A stretch of 64,000 nt of DNA from the NCBI RefSeq assembly GCF_003019035.1, contig NZ_CP027447.1; one strand, written 5' to 3'. The position numbers were made by a program, and so were the translations under genes. The DNA comes from Escherichia coli. Lineage in GTDB: Bacteria; Pseudomonadota; Gammaproteobacteria; Enterobacterales; Enterobacteriaceae. Positions 51,295-61,903 of this stretch are shown piece by piece; the first letter of the stretch is position 1, and each line of letters starts with the position of its first letter. The notes beneath the pieces are model-generated. The model did not search any database, was not told where the DNA came from, and saw nothing but the letters and a program-made list of their open reading frames with translations.

Positions 51295-52638
51295 TTACGC
51301 TACCATGCTAATAATCAACACAATAATCAGCCCAACCACGGAGTTGACCAGCTCCAGCAGTCCCCAGGTTTTCAACGTGTCTTTTACCGACAGGTCAAAG
51401 TAACCTTTGAACAGCCAGAATGAGGCATCATTAATGTGGGTGAGGGTGTTGGAACCCGCAGCCGTCGCCAGTACCAGCAGCGCCGGATTCACGCCAACCA
51501 GCTGACCGGTTGCTGGATCAAGGATTGCAGCACTGATAATCCCGGCGGCGGTCATCGCCGAAACGACACCCTGACCCGTCGCCAGACGAATTAGCACAGT
51601 GATCAGCCATGCCATGATGTAGGGCGAGATATTGCCGTGGGACATCAACATGCCGATGGTGTCGCCAATGCCGGTGTCGATGATGGTCTGCTTCAGCACG
51701 CCACCCGCACCGATGATCAGAATCACCATTGCAATACTCTTCACCGCGCTTTCAAAAGCGTTCATCACCCACTGCATGTCATGACCACGCGCGGTGCCAA
51801 AGAGTACGAATGCAACCACCATCGCAATAAACATTGCAATCGGCGAGGAACCGATAAAGTTAACCACTTCCCAGGCAGGGGTATCTTTTACCAGCCAGAT
51901 ATTGGCGATGGTGGTGGAGATCATAATGATCGCTGGGATCAGCGGCACCAGAATCGAAACGCCGAAAGAGGGCAGATTATTCATATCTACCGGTTGATCT
52001 GCTTTCAGGAATGATGGCGTTGGGCGCTCAAGATTGCCGAGGAACTTCGGCAGGATCAGACCTGCGCAGATGACACTTGGGATCGTCACCAGTACGCCAT
52101 AGATATAAACCATCCCCATATCCGCGCCATAAGCATTCACCAGCGCCACCGGACCCGGCTGCGGTGGGAACAGTGAATGTGCGGTAGTGGCAGCTGCTAC
52201 TGCCGGGATCGCCAGTTTCAGGAACGGAATTTTAGCTTCGGCGGCAATAACAATAACCAGCGGCGCTAACATGATAAAGGCCACTTCATAAAACATCGCC
52301 AGACCGAAAATCAGGCCGATGATAATCACCGACAGCTGTACATAGCGCAGACCGAGACGCGCCAGCAGCGTATGTGCTATCTGGTGAGCCGCGCCGGAGT
52401 CGACCATCAATTTACCGATGACCGCACCGAACACCACGATGATAGCCAGTTCCCCCAGCGTGTTGCCGAAGCCCGCTTTCATGGTGTGCAGCAGCGACAT
52501 CAAATCCATGCCCGCCAGCATCCCGACGGACAGCGCCGCCACCAACAAAGCCACCATTGAATTGATTTTGAACTTCAAATTCAGTACCAGCATCAGACCA
52601 ATGCCGAATACCACCCAGAGAATGTTAAGCACATGCAT
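51295..52638 (-). CDS. gntP: High-affinity gluconate permease (GntP family)
   Basis: 447-aa polytopic transporter [23 protein letters not shown]...; divergent from uxuA. Confidence 0.9.
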
Positions 52639-52692
52639 AACGTTTTTACCTTACCTGGTTGAACCGTTGTTATTTTGGGCGACATGTTATGT

Positions 52693-52710
52693 AAATTGGT
52701 CAACCATTGT
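52693..52710. promoter_or_regulatory. Candidate UxuR/ExuR-type operator (site 1) in the gntP-uxuA intergenic region
   Basis: AAATTGGTCAACCATTGT: imperfect palindrome with TTGGT / ACCA half-sites. Confidence 0.35.
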
Positions 52711-52800
52711 TGCGATGAATGTCACATCCTCTGATCAATAACCATCGATTACCCTTTGCTGCAATTTGCAGCAACAACCATGAGAGTGAAATTCTTGTGA

Positions 52801-52817
52801 TGTGGTTAACCAATTTT
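52801..52817. promoter_or_regulatory. Candidate UxuR/ExuR-type operator (site 2) upstream of uxuA
   Basis: TGTGGTTAACCAATTTT containing the palindrome GGTTAACC with flanking AATT. Confidence 0.35.
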
Positions 52818-52978
52818 AGAATTCGGGTTGACATGTCTTACCAAAAGGTAGAACTTATACGCCATCTCATCCGATGCAACGCCACGGCTGCGGTCTGGTT
52901 GTTCATCCGGATACCTAAACAACTCCGGGGCTCCACGTCTCTTTGCTGTGGAACCCACTATGTGAAAGAGGAAAAATC

Positions 52979-54163
52979 ATGGAACAGACCTGGCGCTGGT
53001 ACGGCCCAAACGATCCGGTTTCTTTAGCTGATGTCCGTCAGGCGGGCGCAACTGGCGTGGTTACCGCGCTGCACCATATCCCGAACGGCGAAGTATGGTC
53101 CGTAGAAGAGATCCTCAAACGCAAGGCGATCGTTGAAGACGCAGGCCTGGTGTGGTCTGTCGTTGAAAGCGTACCAATTCACGAAGATATCAAAACCCAC
53201 ACTGGCAACTATGAGCAGTGGATCGCTAACTATCAGCAGACCCTGCGCAACCTGGCGCAGTGCGGCATTCGCACCGTGTGCTACAACTTCATGCCGGTGC
53301 TCGACTGGACCCGTACTGACCTCGAATACGTGCTGCCAGACGGCTCCAAAGCTCTGCGCTTCGACCAGATCGAATTCGCTGCATTCGAAATGCATATCCT
53401 GAAGCGTCCAGGCGCGGAAGCGGATTACACCGAAGAAGAAATTGCTCAGGCCGCTGAACGCTTCGCCACTATGAGCGACGAAGACAAAGCGCGTCTGACC
53501 CGTAACATCATTGCCGGTCTGCCAGGTGCGGAAGAAGGGTATACCCTCGACCAGTTCCGTAAGCACCTGGAGCTGTACAAAGATATCGACAAAGCCAAAC
53601 TGCGCGAAAACTTTGCTGTCTTCCTGAAAGCGATTATTCCAGTTGCTGAAGAAGTTGGCGTGCGTATGGCGGTTCACCCGGACGATCCGCCGCGCCCGAT
53701 CCTCGGCCTGCCGCGCATTGTTTCCACCATTGAAGATATGCAGTGGATGGTTGATACCGTAAACAGCATGGCGAATGGTTTCACCATGTGCACCGGTTCC
53801 TACGGCGTGCGTGCTGACAACGATCTGGTTGATATGATCAAGCAGTTCGGTCCGCGTATTTACTTCACCCATCTGCGCTCCACCATGCGTGAAGATAACC
53901 CGAAAACCTTCCACGAAGCGGCGCACCTGAACGGTGACGTTGATATGTACGAAGTGGTGAAAGCGATTGTTGAAGAAGAACACCGTCGTAAAGCGGAAGG
54001 CAAAGAAGACCTGATCCCGATGCGTCCGGACCACGGTCATCAGATGCTGGACGACCTGAAGAAGAAAACCAACCCAGGTTACTCCGCAATTGGTCGTCTG
54101 AAAGGCCTGGCCGAAGTTCGCGGTGTCGAACTGGCGATCCAGCGCGCTTTCTTTAGCCGTTAA
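52979..54163 (+). CDS. uxuA: Mannonate dehydratase
   Basis: 394-aa [35 protein letters not shown]...; RBS AAAGAGGAAAAA upstream; the track ORF is extended 12 codons. Confidence 0.95.
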
Positions 54164-54243
54164 TATCCACCGGCATGGCTGCGCGCCGTGCCGGTTCCTT
54201 CTTCCTTGCCGTCACTCTCTGAAGACGGATTCTGGAGTTTACG

Positions 54244-55704
54244 ATGACTACTATTGTTGACAGCAATCTGCCGGTTGCCCGCCCGTCATGGGATCATTCT
54301 CGTCTGGAATCACGCATTGTGCATCTCGGTTGCGGGGCGTTTCACCGCGCGCACCAGGCGCTGTACACCCATCATCTGCTGGAAAGCACCGACAGCGACT
54401 GGGGTATCTGCGAAGTTAACCTGATGCCAGGCAACGACCGCGTGCTGATCGAAAACCTGAAAAAACAGCAACTGCTGTACACCGTGGCGGAAAAAGGCGC
54501 AGAAAGCACCGAGCTGAAAATTATCGGTTCGATGAAAGAAGCCCTGCACCCGGAAATCGACGGTTGTGAAGATATTCTCAACGCGATGGCGCGTCCGCAG
54601 ACGGCGATTGTCTCCCTGACGGTCACAGAGAAAGGTTATTGCGCCGATGCGGCAAGCGGTCAGCTGGATCTCAATAATCCGCTGATTAAGCACGATCTGG
54701 AAAACCCGACTGCGCCGAAGTCCGCGATTGGTTACATCGTAGAAGCCCTGCGTCTGCGTCGTGAAAAAGGGCTGAAAGCGTTTACGGTGATGTCCTGCGA
54801 CAACGTGCGTGAAAACGGTCATGTGGCGAAGGTCGCGGTTCTGGGGCTGGCTCAGGCGCGTGATCCACAGCTGGCGGCATGGATTGAAGAAAACGTCACC
54901 TTCCCGTGCACCATGGTTGACCGCATCGTTCCGGCGGCGACGCCAGAAACCTTACAGGAAATTGCTGACCAGCTGGGTGTTTACGACCCGTGCGCCATTG
55001 CCTGCGAACCGTTCCGTCAGTGGGTGATTGAAGATAACTTCGTTAATGGTCGCCCGGACTGGGATAAAGTCGGCGCGCAGTTTGTTGCGGATGTTGTACC
55101 GTTCGAAATGATGAAGCTGCGTATGCTGAACGGTAGCCACTCTTTCCTGGCGTACCTCGGTTACCTCGGCGGCTATGAAACTATTGCCGACACCATGACT
55201 AACCCGGATTATCGCAAAGCGGCCTTTGCCCTGATGATGCAGGAACAAGCGCCAACGCTGTCGATGCCGGAAGGTACGGACCTGAACGCCTATGCGACGC
55301 TGCTGATCGAGCGTTTCAGCAACCCGTCTCTGCGTCACCGTACCTGGCAGATTGCAATGGACGGCAGCCAGAAGTTACCGCAGCGTCTGCTGGATCCGGT
55401 GCGTCTGCACCTGCAAAACGGCGGCAGCTGGCGTCACCTGGCGCTGGGCGTGGCTGGCTGGATGCGTTACACCCAGGGCGTGGATGAGCAGGGTAATGCC
55501 ATTGACGTGGTCGACCCGATGCTGGCGGAGTTCCAGAAGATCAACGCGCAGTATCAGGGCGTAGACCGCGTGAAAGCGCTGCTGGGCCTGAGCGGTATTT
55601 TTGCCGATGATCTGCCGCAGAATGCCGACTTTGTTGGCGCGGTGACGGCGGCATATCAGCAGCTGTGCGAACGCGGTGCGCGCGAGTGTGTGGCTGCGCT
55701 GTAA
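54244..55704 (+). CDS. uxuB: D-mannonate oxidoreductase (fructuronate reductase)
   Basis: 486-aa long-chain mannitol-dehydrogenase-family protein; follows uxuA. Confidence 0.95.
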   Translation: MTTIVDSNLPVARPSWDHSRLESRIVHLGCGAFHRAHQALYTHHLLESTDSDWGICEVNLMPGNDRVLIENLKKQQLLYTVAEKGAESTELKIIGSMKEALHPEIDGCEDILNAMARPQTAIVSLTVTEKGYCADAASGQLDLNNPLIKHDLENPTAPKSAIGYIVEALRLRREKGLKAFTVMSCDNVRENGHVAKVAVLGLAQARDPQLAAWIEENVTFPCTMVDRIVPAATPETLQEIADQLGVYDPCAIACEPFRQWVIEDNFVNGRPDWDKVGAQFVADVVPFEMMKLRMLNGSHSFLAYLGYLGGYETIADTMTNPDYRKAAFALMMQEQAPTLSMPEGTDLNAYATLLIERFSNPSLRHRTWQIAMDGSQKLPQRLLDPVRLHLQNGGSWRHLALGVAGWMRYTQGVDEQGNAIDVVDPMLAEFQKINAQYQGVDRVKALLGLSGIFADDLPQNADFVGAVTAAYQQLCERGARECVAAL

Positions 55705-55729
55705 CTAACTGATTACCCTACAGACTTAC

Positions 55730-55773
55730 TGGTCAATCAAACGCATATTTGGTTGACCAGTTTTCGTTTTTTT
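55730..55773 (+). terminator. Rho-independent terminator after uxuAB
   Basis: Stem TGGTCAATCAAA / TTTGGTTGACCA (one mismatch) followed by GTTTTCGTTTTTTT. Confidence 0.75.
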
Positions 55774-55934
55774 GCCCACCTGTACGTGCCAACTTCCAGT
55801 GCTAATGGTATAGTTTGAAAATAAATAACCGCATCTAACCAGATTGCTGACAAACCTGTTTATGAGCGATTCAGTCACTGTTTTTCTCCCCAGTCCAGGA
55901 AGGCAATAGGGCGGGGTAATGGCTACAGTCATTT

Positions 55935-55973
55935 CCCCTCACCCTAACCCTCTCCCCAAAGGGGCGAGGGGAC
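55935..55973. repeat. GC-rich palindromic intergenic repeat
   Basis: CCCCTCACCCTAACCCTCTCCCCAAAGGGGCGAGGGGAC upstream of uxuR. Confidence 0.55.
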
Positions 55974-56026
55974 TGAACGTGCCCTTTACAGGATTTGTTA
56001 CCAGTCTCATCAAATGGATATTACTT

Positions 56027-56800
56027 ATGAAATCTGTCACCTCTGCGCAAAGACCTTACCAGGAAGTCGGGGCGATGATCCGCGATCTGATCATAAAGAC
56101 GCCGTACAATCCTGGCGAACGGCTGCCGCCGGAGCGTGAAATTGCAGAAATGCTTGATGTCACGCGGACGGTGGTACGTGAAGCGCTGATCATGCTGGAG
56201 ATCAAAGGGCTGGTGGAAGTGCGCCGGGGTGCCGGTATTTATGTTCTTGATAGCTCAGACAGCCAGAACACAGACAGTCCGGATGCCAACGTCTGTAATG
56301 ATGCCGGTCCTTTTGAGCTGTTACAGGCGCGTCAGTTACTGGAAAGTAACATCGCCGAGTTTGCCGCCCTGCAGGCTACCCGCGAAGATATCGTCAAAAT
56401 GCGTCAGGCATTGCAACTGGAAGAGCGTGAACTGGCTTCCAGCGCGCCGGGCAGCAGCGAAAGCGGTGATATGCAGTTCCATCTCGCCATTGCCGAAGCA
56501 ACGCATAACAGCATGCTGGTGGAGTTATTCCGTCAGTCCTGGCAGTGGCGGGAAAACAATCCAATGTGGATCCAATTGCACAGCCATCTGGATGACAGCC
56601 TGTATCGCAAAGAGTGGTTGGGCGATCACAAACAGATCCTCGCCGCGTTAATCAAAAAAGATGCCCGAGCGGCGAAGCTGGCAATGTGGCAGCATCTGGA
56701 AAACGTTAAGCAACGTCTGCTGGAATTCTCGAACGTTGACGATATTTATTTTGACGGCTATCTGTTTGATTCATGGCCGCTGGATAAAGTCGACGCCTGA
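56027..56800 (+). CDS. uxuR: GntR-family repressor of the uxu regulon
   Basis: 257-aa MKSVTSAQRPYQEVGAMIRDLI... with N-terminal GntR HTH and FadR-type C-domain; the track ORF is artificially extended through the upstream repeat. Confidence 0.9.
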   Translation: MKSVTSAQRPYQEVGAMIRDLIIKTPYNPGERLPPEREIAEMLDVTRTVVREALIMLEIKGLVEVRRGAGIYVLDSSDSQNTDSPDANVCNDAGPFELLQARQLLESNIAEFAALQATREDIVKMRQALQLEERELASSAPGSSESGDMQFHLAIAEATHNSMLVELFRQSWQWRENNPMWIQLHSHLDDSLYRKEWLGDHKQILAALIKKDARAAKLAMWQHLENVKQRLLEFSNVDDIYFDGYLFDSWPLDKVDA

Positions 56801-56940
56801 CTTATTATGATAAGCGCAAGGGTAAACGTTCCTTGCGCTTTCTTAAATTAAGAAGTCGCAATGAGTATTACTTTGTAAATTGCAGGGTATTGTTTAACTA
56901 TCTGTATAACCTGAATGTTAGTACTCATTCTTCTCAGTAG

Positions 56941-57771
56941 TCATTTACCAATATAATTCCATTCACCATTTTTTAATTCAAACAGTTCTGGAAGAGATGA
57001 CGGTTGCAGAGTCATGCGTTTGAGTGGCGCATCTTCATCACCGGGGATAACTTTATATCCCATTTTTGCATGGATCTCCGCGGTACCGGGATAGGCTTCT
57101 ATACCAATTATTGGGTCATTTCCCATCTCAATATTAGCATTAAGTAATGCGGCAACGGCGAATCCGGAAGAATTTGCTACCCCTGTTACCGTCATTATCT
57201 GATCAATATAGATATCAATCCTTGGCTGTTCATTGGTCCATCTTTTTGCCTGAGAAGCTGGAAGGGTTGAAATATATCCTATCGTGGTTCCGGCATAACC
57301 AGGAACATTGCAGCCAGGGCCTAATGTTATTTCATGCACAGTATAGTCCTCTACAGGATCGGAGGGGCTCTTCATAAATAAATTTAGTTGTAATCCTTCC
57401 GCTAACTCTGTGGCAGCATGCGCCTTTTTACATATACCACCATATATTTCGTCTAAAGCTGAGGTGATTTTCAAGTTTCGATAGAGCATACGTCCTGTTG
57501 TTGTAATACCATTGAATTCTCTGCATGTTTCTGTCACATAATTAAATGGCCAGGACTGTTTGCTAATATTAAGTTTTCTAATTTCGACAACACTTTTTCC
57601 ATCGTAATTATGGTTATTGCCACGAGCAAGAGGCAGAAGATAGATATTTTCCGTATCCATGCGTGCATATTCATATTCACGTGTTAACTTATTGTCGACT
57701 CTTGGGTGATGAAGGAAGTGATTATTTGTATTGAATTGGTTAATAGCGGCATTGCTTAATGGCATAGACAT
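56941..57771 (-). CDS. yjiC: Uncharacterised protein YjiC
   Basis: 276-aa ORF in the conserved position between uxuR and iraD. Confidence 0.75.
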   Translation of the reverse strand: MSMPLSNAAINQFNTNNHFLHHPRVDNKLTREYEYARMDTENIYLLPLARGNNHNYDGKSVVEIRKLNISKQSWPFNYVTETCREFNGITTTGRMLYRNLKITSALDEIYGGICKKAHAATELAEGLQLNLFMKSPSDPVEDYTVHEITLGPGCNVPGYAGTTIGYISTLPASQAKRWTNEQPRIDIYIDQIMTVTGVANSSGFAVAALLNANIEMGNDPIIGIEAYPGTAEIHAKMGYKVIPGDEDAPLKRMTLQPSSLPELFELKNGEWNYIGK

Positions 57772-58433
57772 AATAGTTACCTTTTATGAGTATTTCACTG
57801 ATGTTTAGAAAAATAGATAAATTTTTCTGTAGTAAAAAAGAAGTAAAAAAATGACATGCATGTTTCTGTTGTAGTGATATCAACTCTACACGGTGATATT
57901 AAAGGGTAGGAAACACTCTAAAGTATCAAAAAACGCTCATTTGAAATTATTTTCATGCAATTAAAAAGCATATCTTATTACTAATTGGAATTTGATGTTG
58001 CTATATTTATGTCTATATTAATAATGCCTATGAATGGTATTTTTGATGTATTTGATATGTTATCAATTTATATTATTTACAAACTAATTGTTTCAAGTAA
58101 TACATGGCTGATTATGCGGAAATAAATAATTTCCCACCGGAATTAAGTAGCGGCGGTGACAAGTATTTTCATCTACATAACTATTCGGAATATTCAGAAT
58201 ATACTAGCAGTTTTTTTTTGAGTTTGATGATTTTTATCAAATCATGACTTTTTTCCTGAAAAGTCAGTAGATATTCATAGGCAAGTAAGGTTTTATACTT
58301 TGCTGACAGGATTCAGGCCTGTCTCAGACTGACATGGATGTAATGAACAAAAGGGAATGGCTATGGAAAATGAGCATCAATACAGTGGTGCCCGGTGTTC
58401 AGGGCAAGCCGCATATGTTGCTAAACGTCAGGA

Positions 58434-58826
58434 GTGCGCAAAATGATGCGCCAATCACTTCAGGCTGTTTTACCTGAAATTTCAGGCAATAAAACGTCAT
58501 CGCTGCGTAAATCGGTATGCAGCGATCTCCTCACACTTTTTAATTCTCCTCATTCGGCATTACCGTCATTACTTGTTTCAGGCATGCCCGAGTGGCAAGT
58601 GCATAACCAGAGCGACAAACATCTTCAGAGCTGGTATTGCCGTCAGCTGCGTTCTGCACTGTTATTTCATGAGCCACGGATTGCGGCGTTGCAGGTCAAT
58701 TTGAAAGAAGCGTACTGCCACACGCTGGCGATCAGCCTTGAGATAATGCTGTACCACGACGATGAACCGCTAACGTTTGATCTGGTCTGGCAGAAGGGGA
58801 GTTGGCATCGCACGATGCCGCAGTAA
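58434..58826 (+). CDS. iraD: Anti-adaptor protein IraD (RssB inhibitor stabilising RpoS)
   Basis: [25 protein letters not shown]...; track ORF starts at GTG 58434, first ATG at 58443 preceded by AGGAG. Confidence 0.85.
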   Translation: MRKMMRQSLQAVLPEISGNKTSSLRKSVCSDLLTLFNSPHSALPSLLVSGMPEWQVHNQSDKHLQSWYCRQLRSALLFHEPRIAALQVNLKEAYCHTLAISLEIMLYHDDEPLTFDLVWQKGSWHRTMPQ

Positions 58827-58835
58827 ATGACGGGA

Positions 58836-58864
58836 AACGCGATACGCGCAAGACGTATCGCGTT
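58836..58864. terminator. Hairpin between convergent iraD and the dhaM-like gene (possible bidirectional terminator)
   Basis: AACGCGATACG-cgcaaga-CGTATCGCGTT: perfect 11-bp stem in the 47-bp gap; no strong T-run. Confidence 0.45.
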
Positions 58865-58873
58865 AGGTCACAA

Positions 58874-61255
58874 TTAGTGGGAGGTTCTGATTGCTGCTTT
58901 CAAGGCCGGAAGCCGGGACGGACTGGCACTGAGCTTATCAATCCCCATGGTGAGCAGTCGTGCTGTTTGCTGGGTATCTCCAGCCATTTCGCCGCACATA
59001 CTGACCGGAATTTCATTATTACGTCCGGCCTGACACACCATAGCAATAGCGTTAATCACCGCGTCATTACGATAATCGACCAGTTCCGCGACGGTGCTAT
59101 TTCCTCTGTCTGCCGCCATAATATATTGCGTCAGATCGTTGGTGCCGATGGAAAAGAAATCGACTTCACTGGCTAATTTTTCTGCAATCATGACTGCAGC
59201 AGGAACCTCAATCATAATTCCCAGCGCCGGAAGATTTTCTGCAGTAAGTCCCAGCAGTTTTGCCTGCGTTTGTATCAGCGTTTTGACGGCGTTGACCTCC
59301 TCGAGCGTTGAAACCATCGGCAGCATAATTTGCAGCGTTGGGTATTCTTTCCCGGCCCGGAGAAGTGCGCGTAATTGCGGAATAAATATTTGCGGATGCG
59401 CCAGGCACAACCGGATACCGCGAAGTCCCAGGAACGGGTTGTCCTCTGCGGGTAAAGGGTACGAAGGTAATGGCTTGTCACCGCCAATATCCAGAGTGCG
59501 GATGGTGACTGGTTTATCGCCAAAAGCCTGAGCAACAGAACAATACACGCGAAACTGCTCTTCTTCATCGGGTAATGTTGCAGACTCATGGAATAAAAAC
59601 TCTGTGCGCAGTAAACCCACGCCCTCAGCCCCGTGAGATAGCGCAGCCTCAATATCTTGCAGGTCACCAATATTCGCCAGCACGCTGATTTTTCGCCCAC
59701 CTTGCGTGACAGCGGGCAGCATGGCATCAGCTAACTGACGATCCCTTTGTTGCCGCCATGCTTCGGCGCGTTGCAGTAAATCCAGGCGGGTGACCTCATC
59801 CGGCTGTAGCCACAAACGGCCTGTTTCACCATCAAGAATGACTGTGTCGTTATCGCGGACGTTTTGCGGGGTAATAGCTGCCTTCACAATGGCAGGAATA
59901 CCCATTGCTCTGGCAAGGATCGCTGTATGTGAAGTTGTTCCGCCATTATGAAGACAAATGCCAAGAATGTGTGCTTTATTCAGGCTGGTTATCTGTGATG
60001 GCAACAGATCGTTGGCTAACAAAATGCAGGGCGCGGTAGTAATAAAGTGTTGTTCACTTACCCCGCAAAGCTGGTTCAGTACCTGACGTGTAAGGTCACG
60101 GATATCTGCCTCGCGTTCACGTAAATACAGTGTTTCCGCCTGACAATATTGCTCTGCTAATGCCTGCATGACTTCTAACCATGCGAATTCCGCCTGTTTG
60201 CCCTTTGCCAGACGTTGCTGTAATTGCCGGTTAATCTTTGGATCTTCAAGCATCATTTTATGGGCGGCAAAAATATCGCCTTCAGGGCCTGCCGCTTTAT
60301 CGGCAAGTTCACAAACAACAATGTCGATAGCAGACTCGATTCGCGACAGCTCTTCTTGCGGAGAATCGACGGTGCGCTGCGTAATTTCTGGTCGTTCGCA
60401 GGTAAACCATTTAACAGGACCAATAGCGATACCATTTTGTACTGACAAGCCTGATATTGCGCCATCAACAGGGGCGCTGACCACCGGCGTTTCCGTTAGC
60501 GGAATCTCTGAAGAAGCGAGCAGGTGAGCTTCACCAAAATGATTTTTCGCCAACGTTTCAATTGCCTTGAGAGCGTCACTGGCATCGGTGCCTTCGGCCT
60601 GGAAGATGATTTCATCGCCACAGCGGACGCCCAGCATTGCCAGTTCGTTGAGACTGCGGGTGCTGGCGCGTTTATCGCCTTTGATGACGATAATGTTTGC
60701 CGAAAATTGTGCGGATACTTTCAGGATGCTGGCTGCCGGACGAGCATGAATGCCGTGGGGATTACGTATCGTCCAGCAAAAAGTTTGCCATTCATCGCAA
60801 TGATTGATTGGTGATATTGCTGGAATAACCTCGCCTGCAGTTGAGGATGGCGTGAGTTGCTGCTGTTTAGCACACAGCGCAAGATCCACTTCAGCGATAA
60901 TCTCCGTCACCGAAAGCCCCGCTGCGGCAGACGTTACCGCTGACATGGCACCTTCCACTACAGGGGCGGCGAGCAGATAAATTGCACTTCTTTGCTCTTC
61001 AGAAAGCAGCTCCAGCGCCATCTCGGTACTAAGCAGCGCACTGCCCATATCCATGAGTACCAGAACGCCATCCGGTGACCAGACCGATTCAATCGCAGAC
61101 ATAATGGCAATAGCATCAGTGCCAATCGGATTTTGCGGATCATCAATACCTGCAGCAATGGCCAGAGGAACGTCCCCTCCAGACATCTGTAGTGCTAATT
61201 CCTCAACCCCCTGGGCGAGACGTAGACTATGAGAAACAATAACAATGGCAACCAT
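58874..61255 (-). CDS. DhaM-like PTS multiphosphoryl transfer protein: EIIA(Man-type)-HPr-complete Enzyme I fusion
   Basis: N-terminal MVAIVIVSHS (DhaM EIIA-type), HPr-like HGIHARPAA, Enzyme I phospho-His region GGTTSHTAILARAMGIPAIV and PEP-binding domain motifs IGTNDLTQY and CGEMAGD. Confidence 0.85.
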   Translation of the reverse strand: MVAIVIVSHSLRLAQGVEELALQMSGGDVPLAIAAGIDDPQNPIGTDAIAIMSAIESVWSPDGVLVLMDMGSALLSTEMALELLSEEQRSAIYLLAAPVVEGAMSAVTSAAAGLSVTEIIAEVDLALCAKQQQLTPSSTAGEVIPAISPINHCDEWQTFCWTIRNPHGIHARPAASILKVSAQFSANIIVIKGDKRASTRSLNELAMLGVRCGDEIIFQAEGTDASDALKAIETLAKNHFGEAHLLASSEIPLTETPVVSAPVDGAISGLSVQNGIAIGPVKWFTCERPEITQRTVDSPQEELSRIESAIDIVVCELADKAAGPEGDIFAAHKMMLEDPKINRQLQQRLAKGKQAEFAWLEVMQALAEQYCQAETLYLREREADIRDLTRQVLNQLCGVSEQHFITTAPCILLANDLLPSQITSLNKAHILGICLHNGGTTSHTAILARAMGIPAIVKAAITPQNVRDNDTVILDGETGRLWLQPDEVTRLDLLQRAEAWRQQRDRQLADAMLPAVTQGGRKISVLANIGDLQDIEAALSHGAEGVGLLRTEFLFHESATLPDEEEQFRVYCSVAQAFGDKPVTIRTLDIGGDKPLPSYPLPAEDNPFLGLRGIRLCLAHPQIFIPQLRALLRAGKEYPTLQIMLPMVSTLEEVNAVKTLIQTQAKLLGLTAENLPALGIMIEVPAAVMIAEKLASEVDFFSIGTNDLTQYIMAADRGNSTVAELVDYRNDAVINAIAMVCQAGRNNEIPVSMCGEMAGDTQQTARLLTMGIDKLSASPSRLPALKAAIRTSH

Positions 61256-61258
61256 AAT

Positions 61259-61891
61259 TTATCCCGCGAATCCTTCCTGCATAGCCTTAATCATCAGCCA
61301 GGAGGAGGTCGCGCCTGGATCCTGATGGCCCACACTGCGAGCGCCGAGATAACTGGCACGTCCTTTTTTCGCCTGCATATTGATGGTGTTATCGACGGCT
61401 GTTGCCGCATCTTGCACCATCGTATTCAGCAGAAGGGAAGGCGACATTCCGGCTTGCAGGTTCTTTTTGGCTTCGTGGAGAACTGGAACCCAGACATCAC
61501 ACAGAGTTTTATCCCTTTGTTCTGCTTTTCCTCGTGCGATAACGCCTGCAATCCCTTCTTCCAGACACGCCAGCCACTCTTCCAGAGTTAATTCTGTTCT
61601 GGCTCCCACTGCCGCAGAAGCGCGAATAAATAATGTGCCGTAAAGAGGACCACTGGCACCGCCAACGCTGGAAAGTAGTTTCATGCCAGTATTTTTAAGA
61701 ATATTGCCAATATGCTGACGTTCAATGTCGGGCAACGTCGCTTTCACTGCACTGAAACCACGATTCATATTGAGGCCGTGGTCGGCATCACCAATATCTC
61801 TGTCAAGTGCGGTTAGAAAATCTTGTTGTTCAGTGAGATGTGCAGCACAACTCTCCAGCCAGGCAATAACATGTTTGTTTTGAATTTTCAT
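61259..61891 (-). CDS. Dihydroxyacetone kinase subunit L-like (ADP-binding)
   Basis: 210-aa DhaL-fold protein with DxxxGDxDxG-like motif (DRDIGDADHGLNM). Confidence 0.85.
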   Translation of the reverse strand: MKIQNKHVIAWLESCAAHLTEQQDFLTALDRDIGDADHGLNMNRGFSAVKATLPDIERQHIGNILKNTGMKLLSSVGGASGPLYGTLFIRASAAVGARTELTLEEWLACLEEGIAGVIARGKAEQRDKTLCDVWVPVLHEAKKNLQAGMSPSLLLNTMVQDAATAVDNTINMQAKKGRASYLGARSVGHQDPGATSSWLMIKAMQEGFAG

Positions 61892-61903
61892 ATAATGTCC
61901 TTA

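Noticed and set aside
53024-54040. 338-aa minus-strand ORF inside uxuA
   Set aside because: Antisense to uxuA, which has a full-length recognisable translation; the antisense product is low-complexity.
54310-55338. Minus-strand ORFs of 170, 84 and 128 aa inside uxuB
   Set aside because: Antisense shadow ORFs within a confidently assigned gene.
55919-56026. N-terminal 36-codon extension of the uxuR ORF
   Set aside because: The extension runs through the intergenic repeat; the real start is the ATG at 56027 giving the expected 257-aa regulator.
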